Program-made: the position numbers and the translations under genes
DNA from: Sphyrna mokarran
Taxonomy: Eukaryota
DNA: 64,000 nt
Direction of reading: 5' to 3'
Assembly: GCA_024679065.1 (NCBI GenBank)
Contig: JAGIQG010000003.1
Coordinates: 110,236,001 to 110,300,000, forward strand
The notes under the pieces: generated by a model
Databases searched by the model: none
What the model was told of the DNA's origin: nothing
The model's input: the letters and a program-made list of their open reading frames with translations, nothing else
In this document: piece by piece, positions 39,069 to 50,258 of the stretch
Layout: each line of letters opens with the position of its first letter
Numbering within the stretch: position 1 is the stretch's first letter

Positions 39069-39918
39069 GGGGTGTTTTAGTTTACAGAGTGACTTGGACA
39101 AGTTGCAGAGCTGGGCCGAGAGGTGGCAAATGGAGTTTAATGTGGAAAAGTGTGAGGTAATGCACTTTGGCAGGAACAATAAATGTGTAGAGTATAGGGC
39201 TAATGGTAGGGCTCTTAATAGTGTTGAGGAACAGAAGGATCTTGGTGTATGTGTCAATAGATCCCTGAAAGTAGGCAGTCAAGTGGATAAAGTTGTTAAG
39301 AAGGCTTATGGAGTCTTAGCTTTTATTGGTAGGGGGATTGAATTTAGGAGCCGCAGCATCATGTTGCAGCTGTACAAAACTCTAGTGCGGCCGCACTTGG
39401 AGTATTGTGTGCAGTTCTGGTCGCCACATTATAAGAAAGATGTGGAGGCATTGGAGAGGGTACAGAGGAGGTTTACCAGGATGTTGCCTGGTATGGAGGG
39501 CAGGTCCTATGAAGAGAGGTTGAAGGATTTGAGGTTGTTTTCGTTAGAAAGGAGGCGGCTAAGAGGGGATCTTATTGAAGCATATAAGATGATTAGAGGT
39601 TTAGATAGGGTGGACAGTGATAGCCTTTTTCCTAGGATGGAGAAAGCTAGCACGAGGGGACACAGCTTTAAATTAAGGGGTATGAGTTATAGGACGGATA
39701 TCAGAGGTAGGTTCTTTACTCAAAGAGTGATTAGGGAGTGGAATGCCCTGCCTGCAGCTGTTGTAGATGCGCCAAGTTTGGTGGCGTTTAAGAGGTTAAT
39801 TGATAAGTATATGGAAGAGAAGGGAATGGTTTAGTTTGGAGGGGCATTGCTTTTTATTTTGGTCGGCACAACATCGAAGGCCGAAGGGCCTGTTCTGTGC
39901 TGTATTGTTCTATGTTCT
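39069..39918 (+). mobile_element. Very young CR1 3' fragment, uninterrupted ORF2 C-terminus
   Basis: Open frame LQSDLDKLQSWAERWQMEFNVEKCEVMHFG...IDKYMEEKGMV, then CR1 tail ttctatgttcta. Confidence 0.93.
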
Positions 39919-40129
39919 AAAACAGTCACCAAGTCTGCATTTAGCCTCTCCAATGTAGAGGAGACTGTATTAGGAACAGCGAATACTATAGAATACAGAA
40001 GGAGCTGTAAAGGAAATAGGTTGCTTCACCTGAAAGGAGTATTTGGGACCTTGGATGGTGAAGGAGGAGCTAAGAGGGTAAACATTACACCTTCTACGAT
40101 TGCATATGAAGGTGCAGTGGGAAGGGGAT

Positions 40130-40555
40130 GAGGAGTTAGCTATGAGGAGAGACTGGGTAAACTGGAATTGTTCCCTCTGGAAAGACAGAGGATGAGGGGT
40201 GACTTAATAGAGGTGTATAAAATTATGAAAGGCATAGATAGGATGAACAGTGGGAAATGTTTTCTCAGGTCAGAGGTAACAAACATAAGAGGTCACAGGT
40301 TCAAGTTGAGGGGGCAAGGTTTAACACAGATGTCAGAGGATGTATTTTACACAAAGGATGGAGGGGGCCTGGAATGCACTGCCAAACAAGATTGTAGAGG
40401 CAGACACGCTGGGATCGTTTAAGACTTATCTGGATAACCACATGAATAGACTGGGAATGGAGGGATACAAAGGAATATCTAGTTGGAAGCATGAGCAGCA
40501 TAGGCTTGAAGGACTGAAGGGCCTGTTTCCTGTGCTGTATTGTTCTTTGTTCTTT
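40130..40555 (+). mobile_element. CR1 3' fragment nested in the PLE
   Basis: SYEERLGKLELFPLERQRMRGDLIEVYKIM plus tail. Confidence 0.85.
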
Positions 40556-41622
40556 AAGTTGGGATGTTGGAGGAATGGACCAAGGTATCACTAAGGGAAC
40601 AGTCCCTGCGGAATGCTGACAGGGAAGGTGAGGGGAGGATATGTTTTGTTGTAGCATCATGCTGGAGTTGGCAGAAATGGCAGAGGATGATTCTCTGAAT
40701 GTGGAGGCTGGTGGGTGAAAAGTGAGATCAACAGAGTCCCTATCATGGTTCTGGAAAGGAGAATAAGGATAGAATAAGGAGGATAGAGGTGTGGGAGATT
40801 GGTCAGACACAGTTGAATGCCCTGTCAGCTTTAGTTGGGATGGAAGCCTCATTTAAAGACAATGGGGTAGGACTGTTTTTGAAGGCGGAATCATTGGAAC
40901 AGGCGTGACGGAGGTGGAGAAATGGGAAAATAAGATGGAGTCCTTACAGGAACTGGATGTGAGGAACTGTGGGAGTCGGTGGGTTTGTAAGAAATATTGG
41001 TAGTCAGTCTAAGACCAGAAATGGAAACAAAAAAGTTAACGAACAGATGCGAAGGCAGAGGTAGATCGTGTGAGGGCAAGAGAGGTGGTAATTAGAAACA
41101 AAATTGTTAAATCTTTCAAGTCCAGATGACAGCATTATGCAGCATTACTATATTGGAAAAAGAGTTGTGGAAGGGGGCCTGAGTACACCATAAAAAGACA
41201 GACATAACTGGGACCCTTGCAGATAGCCATAGCCACACCTTTTATTTGCAGGAAGTGACACAAGTTAAGGGAGAAATTGTTGAAGAGAGAACAAATTCAG
41301 CTTTGCAGAGGAGAGTGGTGGTGGACAGGAATAATTCCGGTCTCTGTTCAACAAATCTTTCTGGGGGAGGGGGGAGATGTAGTAGGATTAGATGTCGATA
41401 GTGAAGAGGAAACGTTTAGGGCCAGGAAACTGGAAATTGTGGATATGACATAGGACATCAGAGAAATTGTAAGTGTAGTTGGGAAGAGAGTGGCCAAGAG
41501 GAGAGGGGATGGAGTCTGACACTAAATTTTCAGGACCTGAGAGAAATCCATTCTTCCAATTTCCTCAATCTCAAAGCAATAGGTCTTCACCATTCCGTCC
41601 CCACCTTTAAGATAATAATCTT

Positions 41623-41740
41623 CGCCGGAATTCTACCACCTTACCATGGAATCGGAGCGGGTGAGAGGCAGATAACAGAAATATCTGTTGACCTTGGATG
41701 GGAATTTTTGGTCTTGCTCAAGCAAGGTAGAATCCCATCT
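41623..41740. mobile_element. Short MITE (~120-bp family)
   Basis: CGCCGGAATTCT...AGAATCCCATCT; reverse complement of the 11962/25804 type. Confidence 0.65.
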
Positions 41741-41926
41741 CTAATCATTTGTCTCCAATTGACTTGAATTAGAAACTCCACCACATGAATTTTGGCATCA
41801 GCTGATGGAAGGATCCACCAATCTATTTGATTCCTCAAACCCCTAAATCTCATTTTTGAACTGTTAATCCTCAGTAGATTTCATTTTACTAAATGCTGAC
41901 CTAATTCAATGCTTTATATCTGACAG

Positions 41927-42064
41927 GACTGGTTTGATAATGAAAAGCCCCATGTCTTCTGGTTGTCTGGATTCTTCTTTACCCAGGCCTTCCTGACTGG
42001 AGTCATGCAGAACTATGCCAGGAAGTACACCATCCCCATTGACCTGCTGGGATTTGAGTACGAG
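41927..42064 (+). CDS. DNAH12: DNAH12 coding exon
   Basis: [46 protein letters not shown]; AG/GT flanks. Confidence 0.94.
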
Positions 42065-42287
42065 GTACTTGCCTCACTTCAGTGTTCGTCCTTTTATTCT
42101 TCCTCTTTCTATCTCTCTCTCTCTTCATTGCCTTTTTCATAAATAAAGAATTAAATCAGTATTTAAGAATTTCTATGTCTGTGTTTTCCTCATAATATTG
42201 AAATCAAGTTTTGGCAAAATATTTAATATTTTATCACCTACAGAAGAAACATTAAATGTAAGCAATCCAGTAACTTATTTTGTGATT

Positions 42288-43306
42288 AGTCCAAGTTCTC
42301 CCAGCCTGCAACAAAGATTTTCAGACTAATTTGCTCTGCGTCTTAAATCAGTGTGGAGCTGATTTCAATATGATAATCGGGATTTATTTTCTTATTAGCA
42401 ATTCCAGGCTGAAGTCTCCAGGCCCACTAGCATCACTCACTGTGCGGGAGTGGTTCACTCCAGTGGGATTGATAACTGTTCCCTGCTAATGAGAAACAGG
42501 CCACCCGACCCTGGAATGAAGAGAAGCCATTGAGTGCCTCCCCTGGGAAGTTGGGGGTAAGGGAGTTGCCTCTTGGGCAGTGTCTGCCAGGCCTCCTGCC
42601 ACTGCCAAGGGCCAAACTGGCAATGCCCTAGGAGCACCTTGGCACTACCCACTGGGCATTGGGCAATGTCAAAGGGATGGGGCCAGAGGAGTGGGGCCTA
42701 TTGAGCAATCGGTGGGGGTGGGAAGATCCCACTGCCACTCTGCATTCAGGATCATTATCCTGAGAGGGAGGGAGGCTGGCAATCAGGATTGGCCATTGAT
42801 TTGGGAGGGCGGGGGGGAGGGTGGTGTGCAGTTGCTGGAGGATCGGGGCTGCAGTTGAAGCAGGGGGAATCTGCACTGCCCAGGAGGAGTGGGAGGTGAC
42901 GGGGTGGTGTCGGGACTGTCAGGGGAGATTGGGACTGTCCGTTTTGGGGGTCGGGGAGATTGAGTCTGGCCCGGAGAGGTCAGGGAGGCCAGCAGTTGGG
43001 GCATGGGGGGATGTCAGAGGGGCAGCGATGGGGGATTGCAGGGTGGCCAGTGATTGGAAGCTGGCAACATGGGGCCATTGCACACTCGTTTCAGCGCTGA
43101 CAGATCAGTACATGCGCAGTGGCCCACTCAACGCTATGCTGTCGGCCTTTCCAGTGGGAATAGGCCCCGCTCCCTGATTTTCAGAGTGCCTCTGTGATGC
43201 ACAGAGCATCAGAGATTCCGTGTGAAAATCCCGCTTAAAAAAAATCAGCAGGTGTTTCTCCCATTTTCACGCAAATTGGGGAATTTTTTGGGGAGAATCG
43301 CGGCCC
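42288..43306. mobile_element. Long GC-rich Harbinger-type non-autonomous element
   Basis: Ends ...AGTTCTCCC / GGGAGAATCGCGGCCC; inverted homolog of 9513-10683. Confidence 0.72.
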
Positions 43307-43435
43307 ATGTATTCTTTTCCTTGAAATTAATTAATGTTCACAGTTCTTCCTATTGTTCTAGTGGCACATTATTAAAATTGAAACTTTTATGTTTTTGGTT
43401 AAAAATAGGAATTGAATAGTGTTGTATTGCTTTAG

Positions 43436-43527
43436 GTCTTGAAAACAGATACAGCATCACAATCACCACCAGATGGAGCTTACGTTCACGGAATATTCCT
43501 GGATGGTTCCCGATGGGATCGAGAAAA
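43436..43527 (+). CDS. DNAH12: DNAH12 coding exon
   Basis: VLKTDTASQSPPDGAYVHGIFLDGSRWDRE; TTTAG acceptor, GTATGC donor. Confidence 0.92.
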
Positions 43528-43682
43528 GTATGCTGGAACAATCATCATATTACTCTATCTTCAATGTGTGAGATTTCCTGTGGAATTATCTGAATACTCT
43601 GTTGTTGTAACTGTTTGGCACTGTGTGAAATGTTTATTGCAAACTTATGATTCTTAATGTGTTATTTCCCCTTGCCTCCCAG

Positions 43683-43750
43683 AGGGTTACTGGCTGAACA
43701 ACTTCCAAAAATCCTCTTTGATTTAATGCCAGTTATCTGGATAAAACCAA
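43683..43750 (+). CDS. DNAH12: DNAH12 coding exon
   Basis: GLLAEQLPKILFDLMPVIWIKP; CAG acceptor, GTGAGT donor. Confidence 0.92.
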
Positions 43751-44763
43751 GTGAGTAAATCTAGTCTGATCTTCTCTGAGGAATTTTCCTTTATCTATTG
43801 CCATTATTTAAATCGTGGATAGAATGATAACATATTTTGATTGAATTCACAGTTACTTCAGTGCAGGTTCAGAGGGGCAGAAGATAAAACTCTCCAATTC
43901 TAAACTGGCCCTCAGTGGCACAACCCCTGAGAATATGCGCCGTTCATTGGTCAGTTTTAGCTCCAACCACAATCTTGAAGCTGATGTTTCACAATCTAGA
44001 ATTGGACCCAACTTAGAGTAGAGTTGTATTTTACATCTGACGTAAACAGCAAACAAACCTTTATTAGAATTCATTCTCAAGACAGGACTTCACTTATTGC
44101 CCTGAAAAGGTGATGGTGGATTGTCTTTTGGAACTGCTGACATTTTTTGTGGTGCTTTTGATACAGCTGGCCTGCTAGCACATTTCCATTCAGAGTCAAC
44201 CATGTTGGGACTGGAATTAGTTATAGACCAGATAAAAGTTCTCTAAAGAACACCATTGATTCAGGAGGGTTTTAAAACAATGCTACAACTTCATTGTTTC
44301 CAGATTTGGTAAGATTTGAATTTGTGCTCTTTGAATTAGGCTGTGGGATTGTAATTCCAGAAGAATAAAAACAGCACACCATTATACCATCTTTAAAATT
44401 CTCACCTGGATACTATTAAGAAATCTACACCTATACACCCAGTTTCTATTTGCCCTCTATGAATTTCTACACACTCTTTCCATAAGAATGCACTTTTCTG
44501 TAGCAGAGAATTAAGAAGCAAATTGAGAGCCAAGGTGTGGTGATGCCCGAGTGTATACTGTACGTTGGTTTCTGCAGATACCAAATAGAGGTCAGGGACC
44601 TCAGGTTAGAGAAATTCAAATGGGGAACATCATGTGAACTATTAGTGCATGTTTCTTTGCCAAATGAAATTTAAAAAGGTTAATTAATAAGAAATCAGGT
44701 CTTAAAACACAACAAATGTAGGACATTGCATGTAAATTAATTTGATTTTTTCTTTTATTCCAG

Positions 44764-44954
44764 ATAAAAAAACACAGTTCAAGATTTCAAATGACTATGT
44801 CTGCCCAGTCTACAAAACTAGTGAGCGCAAAGGAGTCCTCTCGACCACCGGACATTCAACTAACTTCGTTATTGCTTTGCGTCTGCCAACAGATAAACCA
44901 GTTCACCACTGGATTAAGCGTGGTGTTGCACTGCTCTGTCAGCTGGATGACTAG
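44764..44954 (+). CDS. DNAH12: DNAH12 terminal coding exon
   Basis: [52 protein letters not shown]-stop. The 19 exons sum to 2997 nt in one open frame. Paralog call (vs DNAH3/DNAH7) from the recalled C-terminus and adjacency to ASB14. Confidence 0.9.
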
Positions 44955-45170
44955 CATCAAGGACTTAGAAACAATCTAAAAACTGCACCTAGCTGGACCT
45001 CTAATATTTTTAACCATGGCATATGTCATGCCTACTAGAGCACTTTATAGTAGCATATCTCATTTTGGTCAAACCTTTTTAAGTTCTACTTTTTACCTAT
45101 TATTATAGAGAAATACTGTATTCCTAATTAGTTCAAATGAAGATCTTTCTGTATAAGTCTGGTTTTCTTA

Positions 45171-45193
45171 AATAAAATGTGAGACGAAATAAA
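45171..45193 (+). terminator. Tandem polyadenylation signals of DNAH12
   Basis: AATAAA at 45171-45176 and 45188-45193, ~220 nt after the stop codon. Confidence 0.65.
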
Positions 45194-45989
45194 ATTGAAT
45201 TTGTAAAACGCAATCAAATACACTAAGAGCTATTTGGATATGATCACACAAGTGTAAATACTCACTTGACGTAGCTATTTGCAGCAACCTCAGTGGAACC
45301 TTTTCAGTTTTTCCACTCTTTTCTCCAAATGTTAAGCATTAGTGCTATCATTATTTATTTACATATTCTGTGATGATATCCAAACATACAGAAACAATGG
45401 TCTGAATGTTACCAGGCTGTTTGGAACATGAAGGTAAAGGAACCATGAAATCTGAATGGTCATATTTAACCAGAAGTCCAATGTCTTGATCGCAGTTCTG
45501 GATTTTACCAACAGCGGCCAATATGAGGTGGTGCTCTTCACATACTGGCATGGCAGGAGAATAATTATGGATTTAAAAAGGATTAACTGAAAGTTTGCCA
45601 CGCATTTCTGATTTTATGATGGTGAATGGGAGCCATGAGGCTTCAGAGCTTCACCTGGTTAAACGAAGTGGGAGCTCAGTGTGGGCTCACAGCCAACCAC
45701 TCAGAGAGCTAAAATGCAATGGCAGGGAAGGTGGTGCACAGAGGGCAAACAAGGTCTGTGGTGCACAGACAAACAAAGGCAGAATTAGGGGGAAAAGTGT
45801 CATCACTGTGCAGGTTTGCTGTCAGATCCCAAGGAATGACTCAGGGAAAGGTGGAATAGAGAACACCCACCTCAGGCCTCATCCAGCTGGAATTCAGGGC
45901 CCCCTGTTAAGAAGAAAGAGCAGCTAAGGAGGAGCAAAGTCCAGGCACTATCAGAGGAACATCAGCAACCTCAGGATCAACAAGAGGCT

Positions 45990-47030
45990 ATCAAACTTAG
46001 GGTGGGCACACTGGAGAGGGCATAGAGAGGTGACAGAGGAGGCTATCCCCAGGAAAATGTCTACTCTCTGGGGCTGAATGATCTCCAGATATACAACTGG
46101 TAGTGTCAGTGAAGACAGCAACCTTTCAGGGATGAAATCACTTATCTCTGTACCATGCTACAAGATGGTCTGAGAACCAGGGAAGTTGGTAGCTACCCAA
46201 TGTCAGTGGTCCTGAATGTCACCATGGCTCTTAACTTCTACGCCATCTAGTCTTCCCAGGAATTCATTGGAGATGTGTGAGATCTTCGAAGCTGCAGCCC
46301 ATGGATGCATCAAGGAAACCATCCAAAGCATTTTCAAGAATGCGTTCCCACTCCGATCCAAACAGTCAGCCTGGGAGATCCATTAGGTTCAGGGCCATCA
46401 CTGGATTTCTCCAGCTACAAGGTGCAAGGTTCTAATGGACCAGCCGGCATCTTCCGTCAGCAGAAAGAGCTTCCATTTCCTCAACGTACAATATTCAATG
46501 ATTACTGAAAGCAGATCCTTCAGCTGTATACCTGATTGCTGAGAAGCAGCCACAGCTCTTGCACACTTTGACAGTCTCAGGGCACAGCTTTACTGCCAGC
46601 CACTGCTCACTTGTGCTTTTAGTGATGGATACTTGATGACAAAAAAATGCCCACTAATATCATGGATGCTCACTCCTGTAAGGAATCCATGTACAAATGC
46701 AGAGGAAATGTTCAACACATGCCACAGCAGGTCAGCATAGCTACCATCGAGCAGGCCTTTAATCTACTGAAGGTGCAATTCAAGGGCCTTGATCAATCTA
46801 GAGAAGCCTTTCAGTATTTCCCATTGAGAGTTTCATGAACTGTGGTGCTATACTGAGCATGACCTGATACTGCAGAGGGGTAGATTTGAACAACAAGGAC
46901 AGCATCAATCCCAGCACCTTCTCCTCTGATGAAAATGTGGATGAGCCAATTGACCAGGCAATGCTTGGTGAAAGGCTTTGTGCATGAACCATGGGCAAGG
47001 TGAAACGAGATGCATGCAAGGGAGTTTAAG
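45990..47030 (+). mobile_element. PIF/Harbinger transposase fossil (HARBI1-like DDE)
   Basis: YPMSVVLNVTMALNFYA, AAAHGCIKETIQSIF, FRAITGFLQLQGA, SRKSFHFLNVQ, ATIEQAFNLLKVQFKGLDQS; multiple stops and frameshifts. Confidence 0.85.
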
Positions 47031-48394
47031 ACAGGTTAATACACAGACATTTCTTGTGACTGTTATGACCTCTTGGAAACATTCTCTACTGTTTCCTCCT
47101 TTAGGAGTGAGTGAATACAGCTTAGTACATTATTTCCAACCCATTGAGGATGCTAGGCTGTAGGTGAGGCCCCAAAAGCCATCAGGAAATGGAAGGAGAA
47201 ACAGCAGAGTGTGTGACCCGTTCATTGACTGGCACAAATGCAAGGCTTAACATTTACATTCACTTGTAAACCTCAAGTGCAAGTAATTTTTTTATATGTT
47301 CATTCATGGGTCACGGATGTCGCTGGCTGGGCCAACATTCATTGTCCATCCTGGAGGACATTTCAGAATCAACCACATTGCTTCGGCTGTGGGGTTACAT
47401 GTAGGCCAGATCAGGTAAGGATGGGAGACTTCTTTCCCTAAAGGACACTAGTGAACTAGATGGGTTTTTACAACGATCAACAATGGTTCCATGGTCATCA
47501 CTGCTCTTCCTAAATTTTTTATGCGTACTTCTATGTGGTCCTACCACTGTGCTGGCAACTGAGATGGAGACAGGCTACTGACCTCTCTGCCTCTGGCTTG
47601 GGATGACCTTGTTGGTCATCTTCTGGCTGCCAAGTGTGGGTAGCAGCTCCTCAGCCCCCTGCCAGTGACACAAGCACCTCAGGATCTGGCCTCATATATA
47701 GTGAGTCCTGATACATTGAGGGCCCTGGCACAGGTGCTTGTGTCACTGGCTGAAGAGCTGTTGCCCACACTCAGAACACCCTGTGAGGAGCCCACAAATG
47801 CAGAAGAAAGCCATTCCTCTTCTCTTACTATGCAAGCATGTACCTCCTTACTGGCCTGGGAAGTGTGGGGACCTGCTGCCTACGTTGACTGGGGAAACCA
47901 GCTTCAGAGCACTCGGGTGGCATTGCTCAGGGCAGCCTGATCTTTGTGACCTGGGAGATCTCTTTCCACTCTCTCCCCACACTCACGAACATTGGACTGT
48001 TCCCATCATCGGCAGCATGTTCTCCTCTGTAGCAGCACAGGTTGCCAGCATTTTTCTGATGAATCCCCTGGTGCCTCCCACACCCTCCCACCACAACACC
48101 CCCCTCCCTAACCACTTGCTTGGCCTCCCCTTTGTACACCCAACTCACTCAGGCTCCACCCCACTAACAGCACTATCCCAGGCACACCTATTCCCAATGG
48201 GCAGTGCCTAGTTTTGCCCCCAACTGCCTGGAGGGCTTCAGTGACCTTCAATACCCCCAGCATAGCCATCGCAGTGAGAGAACAACAGTGATTCTTGCTG
48301 ATGTGAGGTCAATCAATCAGTCAACAATGAAATCAATCCTATGCAAATTGGCTTTGCTTCCTTTCAGACAATATTTAGTAGTTTAATACCTAAA

Positions 48395-48761
48395 ATGGAT
48401 TAATTGTCTTATGAGGATAGGTTGGTCAGGCTAAGTTTGATTCTGCTGAATTTTATAAGAAGTGATTTGATTGAAATATAGATCTTGAGGGGTCTTGGCG
48501 GGGTGAACGTGGGAATTCTGTTTCCTCTGATGGGAGAATCTAGAACTGGGGGTCACTGTTTAAAAACAAGGGGTTGCCCATTTAAGACAGAGATAAGAAG
48601 AATTTTAAAGGGTTGTGAGTCCCTGGAACTCTGTTCCTTAAAAGGCAACGGAAATAGAGTTTTTGAATATATTTTAAGGCAGAGCTTGGCAGATAAGCAA
48701 GGCAGGGAAAGGTTATCAGTGGGTAGATGGGAATGTGGTATTAAGGTCAAATTAGCCATGA
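48395..48761 (+). mobile_element. CR1 3' fragment (continues at 49411-49490)
   Basis: LSYEDRL...LFPLMGESRTGGH motifs. Confidence 0.75.
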
Positions 48762-49410
48762 CACAGACTGGGTGACCACTTTGCTGAACGCTTTCGGTCC
48801 ATCCGTAAGCAGGACCCAGACCTCCCTGTCACTTGCCACTTTAACACACCACCCTGCTCTCCTGTTCACATGCCCACCCTTGGCCTTATGCAATGTTCTA
48901 GCAAATCCCAACGCAAACAGGAAGAAGAGCACCTCATCTTCTGATGGAGCCCTTACCAACTTTCGGACTGAACATTGAGTTCAATCACTTCAGAGAATGT
49001 TCTCGCTCCTCCACCATTTCCACTTATTTCATTTCATTTTGTTTCATCTCATTTTCCATTTTATCACACTCCTTCTTTTCACTCTCCCCCCACCCCTCTT
49101 CATCAGGCCAACTGCCACAATCCTCAAGTAATCCTTTACCAAGCTGTATTTTTGTTTTGCCATTGAAGCATTCTGATCACTTAATGAACAGTTGCAACAT
49201 CTTCTCAGCCTTCTGTATGCTCATTTACATTCCCCATTCCCCTTGTCCAATTCCATCGCCCCTCTCTACTCTCAATATAAATCTGTGCTGATCCTCTTTC
49301 CTCCTAGCTCTGATGAAGAATCATCTAGACTCAAAATCTGGGCTCTGCTTTCTTTGCATAGATGCTCTCAGACCTGCTGAGATTTTCCAGCATTTTTCTG
49401 TTTTTGGGTG
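48762..49410 (+). mobile_element. Penelope-like element 3' fragment with 8-bp TSD
   Basis: RLGDHFAE...PVTCHFN...EEEHLIF (GIY-YIG C-terminus) and the terminal sequence; AGCCATGA at 48754-48761 and 49411-49418. Confidence 0.8.
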
Positions 49411-49684
49411 AGCCATGATCTTATTGGGCAGTGAAACAGGCTGGAGAGAGTGAGTGGCCTACTTCTGTTCCTAATGTATATGTTTGCATGTACTTCTGTC
49501 ATCATCATTGGAGTTAATGCTGCAAATATAAACTTTATAAAGACTTTTGGGGTCAGGCTTCCATAGACCCTTTTGAAAAAGGAAAATGGAACAAGATCAG
49601 TTAAAAAGAGCTAAATTATTTCTTATTCTCTTTTTGGGTTTTGTGGCATCGAATCATTTTTCTAGAAGGTGAAGGAAGTTTAAG

Positions 49685-49971
49685 GTTTATTTTTTAGTCA
49701 CAAGTAAGGCTTACATCACCACTGCAATGAAGTTGTGAAAATCCTCTCGTCGCCTCACTCCGATACACTGAGAGAGAATTTAGTATAGTCAATGCACCTA
49801 GCCAATGCGTCTATCGGACTGTGGGAGGAAACTGGAGCCCCTGAAGGAAACCCACATAGACACTGAGAGAATGTGCAGACTCCATATAGACAGTAACCTG
49901 AAGCTGGCATTGAACCTGAGTCCCTGGCACTGACAGGTAGCAGTGCTAATCACTGTTCCACCGTGCCACCC
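49685..49971 (-). mobile_element. HE1/V-SINE-type SINE
   Basis: Homologous to the 32630 copy, reverse orientation. Confidence 0.85.
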
Positions 49972-50015
49972 TATGACTAAAAGAGATAGACTAACAGCCA
50001 GAAAGTCCAGTGCTG

Positions 50016-50258
50016 TTATTTTTAGCAATTTGTTGAGTCACTGTCTAAAAGCAGACAGTGTGTGAACTTTGGAAAGCGACGTAGTCAGAATGCTCCAGGT
50101 CAGATTTTGGGTAAAGAAACACAAGGTATGTTTTTTTAAAAAATCTGCTAGAACAAATATTTCTAGAAGCATGAGAGTAGTGATAGCAATTTTGTTTAAT
50201 GATCAGGAGAAAGTGACACCTGATCAATGATGTTGTTTACCACAGTCACTAAATATAA
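50016..50258 (+). promoter_or_regulatory. Candidate ASB14 muscle promoter / non-coding first exon
   Basis: MEF2 site TTATTTTTAG (50016-50025), AP-1-like TGAGTCA (50034-50040), strong donor AAG|GTATGT at 50125/50126, second MEF2-type CTAAATATAA (50249-50258), in a TE-poor island. Confidence 0.4.

Larger units (their letters stand above)
38095..41520 (-). mobile_element. Penelope-like element (RT + GIY-YIG), degenerate, with nested CR1s
   Basis: - strand remnants GVAMA..GPSYVCLFM, TNISYKPTDSHS, LTFHP..IQRII, YSIRCS..LLYIGEAKCRLGD; characteristic terminal sequence at 38095-38230. Confidence 0.82.

Noticed and set aside
39010-39834. Longest ORF (274 aa) as a novel nested gene
   Set aside because: It is the CR1 ORF2 C-terminus, fused by chance to 20 codons of antisense PLE sequence.
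45990-47030. Domesticated HARBI1 gene
   Set aside because: Multiple stops and frameshifts; it is a transposon fossil.
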